This document shows positions 27,984 to 37,157 of a stretch of DNA of 64,000 nucleotides, piece by piece. The stretch is from Spirochaetia bacterium. Lineage in GTDB: Bacteria; Spirochaetota; Spirochaetia; SZUA-6; Bin103. The position numbers and the translations under genes were made by a program. The notes beneath the pieces were generated by a model. That model saw only the letters and a program-made list of their open reading frames with translations. It made no database searches and was not told the DNA's origin. Where the stretch lies: positions 5,792,001 through 5,856,000 of the forward strand of contig CBDBDQ010000005.1 in assembly GCA_965203905.1 (NCBI GenBank). The letters are read 5' to 3'. How positions within the stretch are numbered: the first letter of the stretch is position 1; the number at the start of each line of letters is the position of its first letter.

Positions 27984-29201
27984 GTGCGGTTGCTGTTCCC
28001 TGCATTACTGAACGTGGTGCACAACCTGCGCCGGACCGTGGCCGCGGTGGTGATCATCGCGCTTGGAACCGGACTGCTGTTTCTGAGCCATGCGTACCTG
28101 CAAGGACTCTACGCCATCCTCAGTGTCGGGATGCGCAACCAGTCCGGCGACTTGCAGGTTCATCATGCCGACTACGACCATGCCAGCCCGAACGCCCAAC
28201 CGCTCATCCCCGGTGCCGCGCTGGCTCGGGTGGAGCAGATCGCCGCCGACGCGTCAGAAGTACGGGTGACGAGCAGGGAGCTGCTGTTCGGGGGCCTGAT
28301 GGAACACGCAGGACGGAGCACCGGAGTAGCCGTCGTGGGGTTGGAGACTGACCGACTGAATCGCGGAGCCGCAAGCCGACGCCAGGTGGTAACAGGGGCC
28401 GACCTGCAATACGGCGACACTGCGGCGGCCATTCTCGGCGAAGGCGTAGCGCAGCAGCTCGTAGTGGCTCCCGACCAGCAGGCGACGCTGTTCGTGCACA
28501 CCACGGCGGGGGCCGAGCGGGAGGTTGCGCTGGCGATCAGGGGGATCGTGCGCACGGGCAGCAGCTTCGCCGATGCCTATTCGATCTACGTGCCGCTACG
28601 GTTCGCACGACAGATCCTCGATACCGATGGTGCCCACCGGTTGCTGCTGTTTCTGCACCACGAGCGAGACCTGGACGTAGCGCAGGAGCGCCTGCACCGG
28701 CGTATCTCCGAGACCGGGTTGCCGCTGTCGGTTTCGAACTGGCGCGAGGTACAGGAGTTCTACGATCAGTTGAAGTCGTTCTACGATCTTCTGTTCAGGT
28801 TCGCGATTGTGGTGGTCACCCTGTTGTCCATGGTAGCCATCTTCGCGATGATTTCAGTCTCCTTCCTGGAACGCCTGCGCGAACTGGGGTCGTTGCGTGC
28901 CATCGGCACCACACGCGGCCAGTTGCTGCTGCTGCTGCTGGTCGAGTCGCTGACTACCTACCTGCTGGGCGTAGCGGCAGCACTCGGTCTCGGTCTGGCC
29001 GCGGGCGCCGCCATCAACGCCCTGGGTATCACCTTCGTGCCGATCGGCAGCAATCTCGCCGTTCCCTTCTACATCGACCTGGAGTTGAGGTACTTCCTGG
29101 TGCCCGCCATCATCACGCTGCTGATGACCGGCGCCGCCACGCTGGTTCCTACGCTGCGTACGGCTCGCCTCAGCATCGCGTCCGTCCTGCGTCACGACTG
29201 A
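27984..29201 (+). CDS. FtsX/MacB/LolC-type ABC permease
   Basis: One N-terminal TM, large periplasmic domain, ERLRELGSLRAIG, three C-terminal TMs. Confidence 0.88.
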   Translation: MRLLFPALLNVVHNLRRTVAAVVIIALGTGLLFLSHAYLQGLYAILSVGMRNQSGDLQVHHADYDHASPNAQPLIPGAALARVEQIAADASEVRVTSRELLFGGLMEHAGRSTGVAVVGLETDRLNRGAASRRQVVTGADLQYGDTAAAILGEGVAQQLVVAPDQQATLFVHTTAGAEREVALAIRGIVRTGSSFADAYSIYVPLRFARQILDTDGAHRLLLFLHHERDLDVAQERLHRRISETGLPLSVSNWREVQEFYDQLKSFYDLLFRFAIVVVTLLSMVAIFAMISVSFLERLRELGSLRAIGTTRGQLLLLLLVESLTTYLLGVAAALGLGLAAGAAINALGITFVPIGSNLAVPFYIDLELRYFLVPAIITLLMTGAATLVPTLRTARLSIASVLRHD

Positions 29202-29661
29202 GGCGGTTCGGCGTCCCGGGAGTGATCGACGGCGGCGCGAGGACCTCTCGCAGGGCCACTTCGGGAAACAGGTCGGGATGCCGTCGCAGCGTCCCCCGCA
29301 GCTCCGTGTGGCAATGCCCCTCGAATCTTTGCTCCAGGGTTTCCAGCTTGTCGCTGACCATCGAGAAGTTGAAGCGCAGGGTGACGTAGCGGCTGCGTTC
29401 CTCCGTAGGACGGCGCCCGATGTCGGTGCCGGCAAAGGTGGCGTCGAAGTCGCCGGCCCAGAAACGGTCGTAGTAGTTCTCCAGCAGCGACACCCACAGC
29501 GTCTTGCCGAACCGCCGCGGGCGAATCCGGAAGGCGTAGTGCTCCTGCTCCAGACGCCGCAGGAAGCGGGTCTTGTCGACGTACAGCCACCGGTTCAGGC
29601 GAATGCGCCGGAAGTCGCCTTGGCCGTAGGGGATATGCGGGTACGCGGGTGCCTCGTCCAC
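29170..29661 (-). pseudogene. N-terminal fragment of an AAA-ATPase-like / PD-(D/E)XK nuclease protein
   Basis: IPYGQGDF..IR...YVDKT...RPRRFGKTL motif; similarity stops near 29220 where it meets the permease end. Confidence 0.8.
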
Positions 29662-29789
29662 TTGCAGACCGTGCCGACGACACTCTATCGGCTGTGCGAC
29701 GGCCCCTCAAGCAGCGAACGGCCGCTCGGCGGCCCGCTCGCTTGCGCGCGGCACGGCGCTCCTCCAGTTCCTCGAACCGGAAGCCGTGG

Positions 29790-31364
29790 TTACCAGGTGC
29801 CGCGCAGCGGCCACACGGAGACATTCCTGGCGTGGGCCACCCCGCCCTCCGCGAACAGGTCGACGCCGGTGGCGGAGGGCTCGGGATACACGCGGTCGGT
29901 GAGCGCGGCGCCGCCGCAGTACACCTCCAGGATGGAACGGTCCACGAAGATGCGCAGGGTGACGGTGCCTGCTTCGCCGTGAACGGTGCCGGCCGGTGCT
30001 GCGACCTGCGGTGCCTGCAGTTTCTCGGCCGCCCCTTGCAGGTCACCACTCTGGTTGGCGGCCGGGTTGGCGTAGACCTGTTCCGCACCGAGCAGGCGGT
30101 CGACGCCGATGCGGTTTCCCCCCGGCTCGTACCAGACGCGGACGCCACGGCCGTTGCCCGCCACCCGCACCGCGGCCCCGAACCGGTGGGCGTCGGTGCG
30201 CCGCAGGTAGACGGTCAACTCCAGCTCGAGGGAATCGCCGGTGACCGACTCCAGGTGGCCCGCGGTCCCTGGCACGATGGCCAGATCGCGTTGCCGGTGG
30301 AGCGGCCCGCGCAGGGTTTCGAGCTCCGGTACCGGGTACTGCAACAGCTCGTCGCCCGCCAGCTCCAGGACCCGCGGAATGCTGTGCGCGCCGATCCAGT
30401 ACGGCACCGTCTCAACCGGTGACCGTGCCCCCAGCAGCCAGCCCAGCAGCAGCCGGCGCTCGGCGCCTCCCGGCCCGCGGTCGTCCACCAGGTGCGGATT
30501 GACGCAGTAGTACAGGCCCAGGTCGACGAAGCGTGGCTCGCGTCGGTCGGGGTGGAAGCGGCGCGCCTTCCGGTCGTAGCTGCCGGTCCAGTAGGGATTG
30601 TTGCGGGCGCCGACCATCAGCACCGCTCGATCACCGAAGGGTACCAGGTAGGGCAGCTCCCAGTAGCGCCGGCCGGGGTCGTGGTCCTCGGCGATGGTGC
30701 CGCGGTGGGTCCACTCCTCCAGGTCGGGCGAGGTCCACAGGTGCGCGGCGCCGCGCCGGGCGGCACCCTCCCCCACCGCACCGCCGATGAGCTGCTGCCA
30801 CAGCTCGCCCTCCTTCCACACCTGGGCGTCCCAGTGCACCGGCGAGGCGGCGTTGGGGCGCTGCTCGTTGTCCATCACCTTGTGCTTGTGCCAGCTCAGC
30901 CAGCCGTCGGTGCTGCGCGCCAGCACGCCGTGGGCTTCGGCATGGCCGGCGACGTTGCCGGTGTACAGCGCACACGGGAAGCCGTCGTCGTCGATGAAGG
31001 TGTTGCCGGAGTAGACCCCCTCCACGTCGTAGCGGCGGTCGGGCCACATCGCCACCGGCCAGTCTTCCCAATGGACCAGGTCGGCGGAGGTTGCGTGGCC
31101 CCAGCACACGGGGCTCTGGCTGCCGTTGGCGAATACCGGCCGGTACTGGTAGAAGAGGTGGTAAACGCCCTGGTGGTAGATCGGACCGTTGGGGTCGTTG
31201 ATCCAGCCCTCCGGCGCCGTGAAGTGGTAGCGCGGCCGGTGCGGGTCGTTGGCTTCCATCCAGCGCCGCAGTTCCCGTGCCGCCGGGCCGAACACCTCCC
31301 GCTCCCTGCTGGTCACGGCCACGCGGAAGTCGCGCACCTCGCGCGGCCACGGCGCGCCGTTCAC
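29790..31364 (-). CDS. GH32-family glycoside hydrolase with variant motifs
   Basis: WINDPNG, WGHATS, YSG; HWD in place of RDP and WEL in place of WEC; GTG start overlaps the upstream stop. Confidence 0.85.
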   Translation of the reverse strand: MNGAPWPREVRDFRVAVTSREREVFGPAARELRRWMEANDPHRPRYHFTAPEGWINDPNGPIYHQGVYHLFYQYRPVFANGSQSPVCWGHATSADLVHWEDWPVAMWPDRRYDVEGVYSGNTFIDDDGFPCALYTGNVAGHAEAHGVLARSTDGWLSWHKHKVMDNEQRPNAASPVHWDAQVWKEGELWQQLIGGAVGEGAARRGAAHLWTSPDLEEWTHRGTIAEDHDPGRRYWELPYLVPFGDRAVLMVGARNNPYWTGSYDRKARRFHPDRREPRFVDLGLYYCVNPHLVDDRGPGGAERRLLLGWLLGARSPVETVPYWIGAHSIPRVLELAGDELLQYPVPELETLRGPLHRQRDLAIVPGTAGHLESVTGDSLELELTVYLRRTDAHRFGAAVRVAGNGRGVRVWYEPGGNRIGVDRLLGAEQVYANPAANQSGDLQGAAEKLQAPQVAAPAGTVHGEAGTVTLRIFVDRSILEVYCGGAALTDRVYPEPSATGVDLFAEGGVAHARNVSVWPLRGTW

Positions 31365-32428
31365 TCTCGATATTTCCTTATGATGTCGATGATCAGGCCG
31401 ATGTCGTCGCGGGCGGAGGCCAGCGGGGTGCGATTCTCGGTGCCGTCGACGATGCAGTCGTGGAAGTGGCGCAGCTCGCGCAGGAAGGCGCTCTCCCAGT
31501 CGACCGCGGGCTCGGTGCGGTAGGCGGTGCCGTCCGCATCGGTGCCCTGGATCACCAGGGAGGAGAGCAGGCCGCGCGCGAACCCGGTCGGATAGGAGAG
31601 CAGCACGCGCTGCCCGTCGCCGTAGATCTCCAGGGTCTCCTTGAAGTCCCACAGGTCGGGCAGGTCGATCCAGGTGGCGACGCAGCGGGCGCCGTTCGGG
31701 TACGCCAGGGTAAAGGTGACGGCGCGGCCCTCCTGCCAGATCTCGGCGCTCACCACGGCCTCCGGCAGACCCAGCACGGCGCGCATGGTGTACAGGTCGT
31801 GGATCATGCTGCCGGACAGCAGGTTGAAGGCGCGCACCACCTCTTCGGGGGCGTCGCCGAGGGCCTGCCTGGTGGCAACGCGGCGCGCGACCGCGGTCCG
31901 CTCGCTGGCGGCCGCGGGATAGTCGTCGAACCGGCGCAGGTCGAACTGGCGCAGGTGCAGGTCGTTGCTGGGATGCAGGTGGTTCACCTGCACGAAACGG
32001 ATCTCGCCCATCTCCCCTACCGCCCGCTGCGCCAGCTCGAAGGCGGGGTCGTACACCTTCATGTAACCGGCCTGGGCCACCGTGCCGGCGCCCTGGGCGG
32101 CGATCATGGCATCGATCTCGGGCAGCGAGAAGCACAGCGGCTTCTCGATGAACAGGTGCTTGCCCGCCTCCAGCACCGCCACCGCGGCCTCGGTCTTGGG
32201 ATCGGTGTGACACAGCAGGATGGCGTCCACGTCCGCCGCCAGCAGCTCCCGGTAGTCGGTGACGTGGCGGGGAACGTGGAAGCGGCGCGCGGCGTCCGCG
32301 GCCGCGCTCGGTGACACGTCGCACACCGCGGCCACCTCGAACTGGTCGGACAGCGCGTTGAGGTTGGGCAGGTGGTGGACCTGGGCGATCGCCCCGCAGC
32401 CCACTACCCCGATCTTGACCCGCTTCAT
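31361..32428 (-). CDS. Gfo/Idh/MocA oxidoreductase
   Basis: GVVGCGAIA, HLFIEKP, IHDLY. Confidence 0.92.
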   Translation of the reverse strand: MKRVKIGVVGCGAIAQVHHLPNLNALSDQFEVAAVCDVSPSAAADAARRFHVPRHVTDYRELLAADVDAILLCHTDPKTEAAVAVLEAGKHLFIEKPLCFSLPEIDAMIAAQGAGTVAQAGYMKVYDPAFELAQRAVGEMGEIRFVQVNHLHPSNDLHLRQFDLRRFDDYPAAASERTAVARRVATRQALGDAPEEVVRAFNLLSGSMIHDLYTMRAVLGLPEAVVSAEIWQEGRAVTFTLAYPNGARCVATWIDLPDLWDFKETLEIYGDGQRVLLSYPTGFARGLLSSLVIQGTDADGTAYRTEPAVDWESAFLRELRHFHDCIVDGTENRTPLASARDDIGLIIDIIRKYRE

Positions 32429-33060
32429 GGCGTGACGCTACGCGCGGCGAAGTCGTTCCAGGCCGCGGCCAGCTCCGCGGTGCGGCTGAACAGCTCCGAC
32501 AGCGCCTCCCACATCTCGTTGCGGGCGGCGTGGGCGGCGGCTTCGTCGCCGGCGGCCAGCGCCTTCTGCCAGCGGGCGAGCTGTTCCTCCTGGACGGCCG
32601 CGGACACCGTCGCGGACTGCGCCACGGTCGCGGCCGCCGCCGCCTGGCGCGCCGCTATCTCCGCGGTGGGCGTGGTGCGGTCGGGCTGCTCGTCGTACGC
32701 GCCGGTGGCGGCGAAACGCGGCGCCTGCTTGGTGCCGTCGTCGTTCCAGTAGGTGTGCGTGGGCTGGATGTGCGGCGTCACCGAGAGGAACATGACCACC
32801 TCGTCGTCACCCACGTTGCGCACCGTGTGGTACTGGTCGGTCAGGGCGATGCACATCTGCCCCGGACCGAGCACCGCGCTCTCCCCGTCGATCTCGAACT
32901 CCGCGCGCCCCTGCAGAATCAGAAAGATCTCGTGGCCGAGGTCGTGGGTGTGACCGGCGTTGAACTGCCCCACCGCCATCTTCAGGAACCGGCAGCGGAT
33001 CTGCGGGGTCACCAGCATGTTGACGATGTCGCTACGGTAGTCGTAGACCTTCAAGCTCAT
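32425..33060 (-). CDS. Cupin domain protein
   Basis: HTHDLGHEIF...G.AEF...HTVRN cupin motifs. Confidence 0.82.
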   Translation of the reverse strand: MSLKVYDYRSDIVNMLVTPQIRCRFLKMAVGQFNAGHTHDLGHEIFLILQGRAEFEIDGESAVLGPGQMCIALTDQYHTVRNVGDDEVVMFLSVTPHIQPTHTYWNDDGTKQAPRFAATGAYDEQPDRTTPTAEIAARQAAAAATVAQSATVSAAVQEEQLARWQKALAAGDEAAAHAARNEMWEALSELFSRTAELAAAWNDFAARSVTP

Positions 33061-33123
33061 GATCCCGCGATGATGCTCCAGCTTGGGCAATGCCGCAAGT
33101 CAGTGCGCGGCGTGTCCATGTGA

Positions 33124-33339
33124 TCACACGGCTGCGGTAACCCTCTTGACTTTGGAGATATGGAGCGAGAGCGTCGTGGGCTCGGCAACGATGTAGCCGC
33201 TAACCTCCGGGGTAAGAAGCACGACCACGTGACGTCGGTCAGCTTGCCCATATACCTCGTGGACCGTGGCGCGTACCGCGTCTCGGGGACCCCAAGAAAT
33301 CTCGACTATCTCACCGTACCGTGGTTCGGCAGTTTTCAA
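33124..33339 (-). CDS. Small hypothetical protein, paralog B (71 aa from TTG)
   Basis: GAGGAGG RBS before TTG; aligns end to end with 33438-33650 (shared VRATVHEVYG, RRHVVV, EPTT). Confidence 0.75.
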   Translation of the reverse strand: MKTAEPRYGEIVEISWGPRDAVRATVHEVYGQADRRHVVVLLTPEVSGYIVAEPTTLSLHISKVKRVTAAV

Positions 33340-33437
33340 GACTATGGCCTCCTCAGCGGGCTCTGCCATGTCGCCGCCGCGAACCTGTTGGGGGCGATTG
33401 CCTGATCACGACGTGAATGACGGAGCTCAGGAAGAAA

Positions 33438-33650
33438 TCAGACCGGTGCGGTGATCCGTTTGACTTCCTCGATGGGCACCGAGAACGTCGTAGGCTCGGA
33501 CACGACGTAATCACTCATCTCAGGTGTGAGTATCACGACGACATGACGTCTTGAGTGGCCATAGACTTCGTGAACGGTGGCGCGGACCGTGGACCGGCTA
33601 CCCCACGGGATCTCGACTTGTTCACCGTACACCGGCTCGGTGATCTTCAT
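33438..33650 (-). CDS. Small hypothetical protein, paralog A (70 aa)
   Basis: AAGGAG RBS; MKITEPVYGEQVEIPWG...; 11 nt downstream of the HEPN gene. Confidence 0.75.
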   Translation of the reverse strand: MKITEPVYGEQVEIPWGSRSTVRATVHEVYGHSRRHVVVILTPEMSDYVVSEPTTFSVPIEEVKRITAPV

Positions 33651-33661
33651 AGTGTTCTCCT

Positions 33662-34246
33662 TCACCACGGCGGCGCGATCTGCAGCTCGGCGGCGAGTTC
33701 GGCGGCCACCACTGCGTCGAGTCTACGCACTAGCCTGTCGCAGGTGCGTCTGAATCGGTGGTACGAGCTCAGGGTGGCCGCGATCGGGTGCCGCCGGATC
33801 AGCGAATGGACCTCGCTCTCGTTACCATGAACCACAGCATTGCGAAAGTCGACCAGCAGTTCAAGGCTCGCGATGTCCTGATTGGCCCTGGCGTAGCTAC
33901 TCTGGAGAGAGGGGATGAGCTTCAATCCCATACGCCCGAAGTCGTTTCCCAGTGCCTCTCGGCGCGGATTCCGGATGTCGAGAGCTCGACGTCGGCGCAG
34001 AAGCCTACGCAGGGCGTCGACCTGGCGTGGATTCGCCTGCGCGAGATACACACTGATGGCCTCGTCATGGAGCTCTCGGCAGTACACTTGAAACTGGCCC
34101 ACCAGGGCAACGAACAGGCTCCGGTTCAACTGTTCGGTCTCCCAGCGACGGCCGCGGCGTGTACCGCGGGCATCGGCGTGGATCCGCTCCAGCTGGTTGA
34201 GACGCGGCACGCACTCCGCGTCCCACACTTCCTTGGCTGCCGACAT
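33662..34246 (-). CDS. HEPN-domain protein (RiboL-PSP/MAE_28990-like), putative RNase
   Basis: Helical protein with FQVYCRELHDE and RNAVVH (RxxxxH) motifs. Confidence 0.65.
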   Translation of the reverse strand: MSAAKEVWDAECVPRLNQLERIHADARGTRRGRRWETEQLNRSLFVALVGQFQVYCRELHDEAISVYLAQANPRQVDALRRLLRRRRALDIRNPRREALGNDFGRMGLKLIPSLQSSYARANQDIASLELLVDFRNAVVHGNESEVHSLIRRHPIAATLSSYHRFRRTCDRLVRRLDAVVAAELAAELQIAPPW

Positions 34247-34435
34247 GAGCGCAGCGGTCAACCCGTGCCCCGCCGGGGCTCCGTAAGCAGGAAGCGGAGC
34301 GCGGTCAGGACACGGCGAGGATGGCGGCGATGCATTGCCATGGCCAGCAAGTAGGCGGCTTCCTCCTGGCGCTGTTCTCGATCCACTCCGCCGCGCCAAG
34401 CTCCCTGTACCGCAACTTTGTGAGCGATTGTCGCG

Positions 34436-35155
34436 TTACCGTGAGTAGCAGCGCAGCAGGGTGACCTGCTCGGCCTCGGTGTTCAGCAGGAACTGGTCGC
34501 CCTGCTGCAGGAACACCACGCCGTAGCGTGCCAGCGGGCGTCGCTCGCCGTTGGCCTGCACGGTGGCGGAACCGTCGATCACCACGAACACCTCTTCGGC
34601 GGAAGTCGCCGTGTGGGACAGGTCCTGGTGCTCCGGCAGGCGGATGTAGTCGAGGCCGAGGTGGCGGGCACCCTGGGCGGCGGAGACCACGCAGCGCCAA
34701 TCGCCGGGCTGGCCGAGCGCGGGTCCGCCCTTGGCCAGGGAGAGGACGCGCACCTCGCTGCGGTGGCCGGCGGGCGGCAGCGGGGAGGCGCCGGCGCCAT
34801 GGTCGCGCTTGCCGGCGTACAGCGCCGGGTCGGGAGGCGCCTGAAAGCTGATCAGCCGCGCCGGTGTGCCGCTGTCGTTGACCGTGCCGTGCACCTCCCC
34901 CACTGGAACGAAAATCCCCTCCCCGGCTTCGATGGGGGTGTAGGTATCGCCCTGGCGCAGCGCGCCGCGGCCCTCCAGCACCACGATCATGTCTTCCGAT
35001 TCGTCGTGCAGGTGCTGAGTGAACTCCTGGCCGGGCTCGTGCAGGCCGTGGTTGAGGGTGAGCCGGCGGGCGCCCATCTCCGGGTGCACGATGCGCCAGT
35101 TGCTGCCCTTGCCCATGCGGAAGGCGCGGCCCGCGAACAGGTCGAGGATCTGCAT
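34436..35155 (-). CDS. Bicupin protein
   Basis: HLHDESED...VHGTVN first cupin; second degenerate cupin with EEVFVVIDG. Confidence 0.8.
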   Translation of the reverse strand: MQILDLFAGRAFRMGKGSNWRIVHPEMGARRLTLNHGLHEPGQEFTQHLHDESEDMIVVLEGRGALRQGDTYTPIEAGEGIFVPVGEVHGTVNDSGTPARLISFQAPPDPALYAGKRDHGAGASPLPPAGHRSEVRVLSLAKGGPALGQPGDWRCVVSAAQGARHLGLDYIRLPEHQDLSHTATSAEEVFVVIDGSATVQANGERRPLARYGVVFLQQGDQFLLNTEAEQVTLLRCYSR

Positions 35156-35982
35156 CAGGCCGGGTTGGCCGCGCTCTCGGGGAACAGCGAGGTGGTCCAG
35201 GTGCCGGGGTTGGCCGGCTCCTGGAACAGTATCTGCTGGCGCGGGGTGAGCGGCACCGACTCGGGCGGCCGCACCCGGCGTGCCGACCAGGCGAGGTGCG
35301 ACTGGCAGTACTTGTAGAGCAGGGTGCGGCGCTGGTGGGTCCCTTTCCAGGGCGCGGTGCCGTGCGTCAGCGCCTCGGAGAACAGCACCACGGATCCGGC
35401 CGGCGCCTCGGGGATCACGACACCGGGCGCGAGGGAATCGCCCTCCATCATCTTCCAGCGTCCCTGGTTCACCGTCGGGATCGGGTTCGGGCGCACGAAG
35501 TTGCTCTTGTGGCTGCCCGGTACGCAGCAGAAGCCGCCGTGCTCCGGGCCGGTGTCCGCCAGGTTCCACGACACCACGGTGAAGGCGTTGTGAATCCTGC
35601 CGTTGCGCACGTGGTAGTACTCCGCCGGCGAATAGGGCGCGTTGCCGCCGTGGAGCTGGTAGTCTCCCATGCCCGCCTCCATGTTGATGCCATACAGGCG
35701 GTCGAGGCGGAACCAGTCGCCGAGCGTGAGCTGCAGCAGCGGCATGATCCGGGGATGGTCGAGCAGGTCGCAGAACGGCGTGCCCCACTCCAGGAACCCG
35801 GGACACTCCGGCGCTCCCCCGGCCGCCGAGCCGAAGCGGATCTTGTCGCGCGGCGGCGGCAACCGCTGGGCGTCGATGAGCCGGTTCAACTCGTCGATCT
35901 CCGCCCGGCTCAGGACGTCGGAAATGACCATGAAACCGGCCAGGTCGAACAGGTAGCGCTGCATCTCCAGGTCGTGGTCCAT
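35155..35982 (-). CDS. Phytanoyl-CoA dioxygenase (PhyH) family protein
   Basis: YLFDLAGF, GGFCCVPGSHKSN, FSEALTHGT, RRTLLYKY. Confidence 0.88.
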   Translation of the reverse strand: MDHDLEMQRYLFDLAGFMVISDVLSRAEIDELNRLIDAQRLPPPRDKIRFGSAAGGAPECPGFLEWGTPFCDLLDHPRIMPLLQLTLGDWFRLDRLYGINMEAGMGDYQLHGGNAPYSPAEYYHVRNGRIHNAFTVVSWNLADTGPEHGGFCCVPGSHKSNFVRPNPIPTVNQGRWKMMEGDSLAPGVVIPEAPAGSVVLFSEALTHGTAPWKGTHQRRTLLYKYCQSHLAWSARRVRPPESVPLTPRQQILFQEPANPGTWTTSLFPESAANPA

Positions 35983-36788
35983 CGTTCAACCACTATGCGG
36001 GCCGTATCTGCCGGCGTCAATCCGGCAGCGTGGGCGCCCGGGCGATGGTGGTGATCTCCGGGCTCGAGGCGATGAGCGGACTCCGATCCCAGTCGCCGTA
36101 CCGTGCTTCGATCGCGAAGCCGGCCGCGGCCAGAAAATACGCCAGCGCATCTGCGCCGAGGAACCGCAGCGTGCTGCGGCTGCGCTCCGCTCGCTCCCAG
36201 TCCGCGCGCCGGTAGCTGTTGGTGAACCGTACGACGTCGCCGACCACCGGCGTCTCGATCTCGGTCTCGAAGCGGACGACGGTGCCGTCGCGGTCGCTGA
36301 ACTCCACGCCGTGCTCGGGTGTCCATCGCTCCCACTCCCGGACCAGGGGGTTGCGGGTTTCGAACGCGAGCACGCCACCGGGTACCAGTGCCGAGCGGAT
36401 CGCACGCAGCGCTGCCCTGACCTCGCCGTCGCTGACCAGCACCTGGAACGCATGTCCGGTCATCACCGCCAGATCGAACTCCGGGTGCCATGGGACGGTC
36501 ACCGGGTCGCCGAGGATCCACTCGATGTCAGATCGCTTCCGTGCCACCTGCAACATGCCGCGGGCGCGGTCCAGGCCCACCAGCCGCCCGGTGTGGCCCG
36601 ACTCGCGGGCCCAGTGCAGCAGGGCACCGGTGCCGCAGCCGACGTCGAGCACGGCCCCGGCGGCCATTACCACGGCAGGTAGAAGCGAAAGTTAGCCCGC
36701 TCTTCCCGGCCGCACAGCGGACCGTAGAGCGCCACGAGGTGAGGTTCGGAGAGACCCTGCCGGTCTACCACTACGTTCAGCCTACCGC
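35818..36788. repeat. Copy A of a diverged ~1 kb direct repeat (methyltransferase plus PhyH 5-prime end)
   Basis: Colinear high DNA similarity to 58215-59186. Confidence 0.85.
36017..36773 (-). pseudogene. Class I SAM methyltransferase, frameshifted near 36670
   Basis: VLDVGCGTG; compared with the intact copy at 58417-59171, one base is missing after FRFYLP. Confidence 0.78.
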
Positions 36789-37157
36789 AGGAGCGTCCCC
36801 GAATATCGGGCGGAAGTCCCGCAATCCAGAATACACTGCCACGGCCGGAACGGCCCGGCAGACGCAGCTGCCCGAGTACGCTCAATGCCTTACTCTGGTA
36901 GTTATAGCTATATCAAAAAAAGGCCGCCAAGCGCGTACAGCATGAGATCCTGCAAGCTTAGGCGCACGCGACGCAGCCTCGCAACGAGCACCCGTGGGAG
37001 TTGCCCAGCGAATGCTCGTTCTCGATCCAGCCTGACGCTCAGCGGCGGGCCAGCCGGAAGCGTGCTCCTCGCCCGAAGTGATCGCCCTTCCCGTACTGCA
37101 GCAGCCACTACCCCGGCTCCAGCAGAACGAAAAGCACAGAATTATTTGACTCGCTCT

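Noticed and set aside
31365-32324. 844-aa ORF suggesting a large GH32 fusion
   Set aside because: The N-terminal 320 codons are an alternative frame of the Gfo/Idh/MocA gene.
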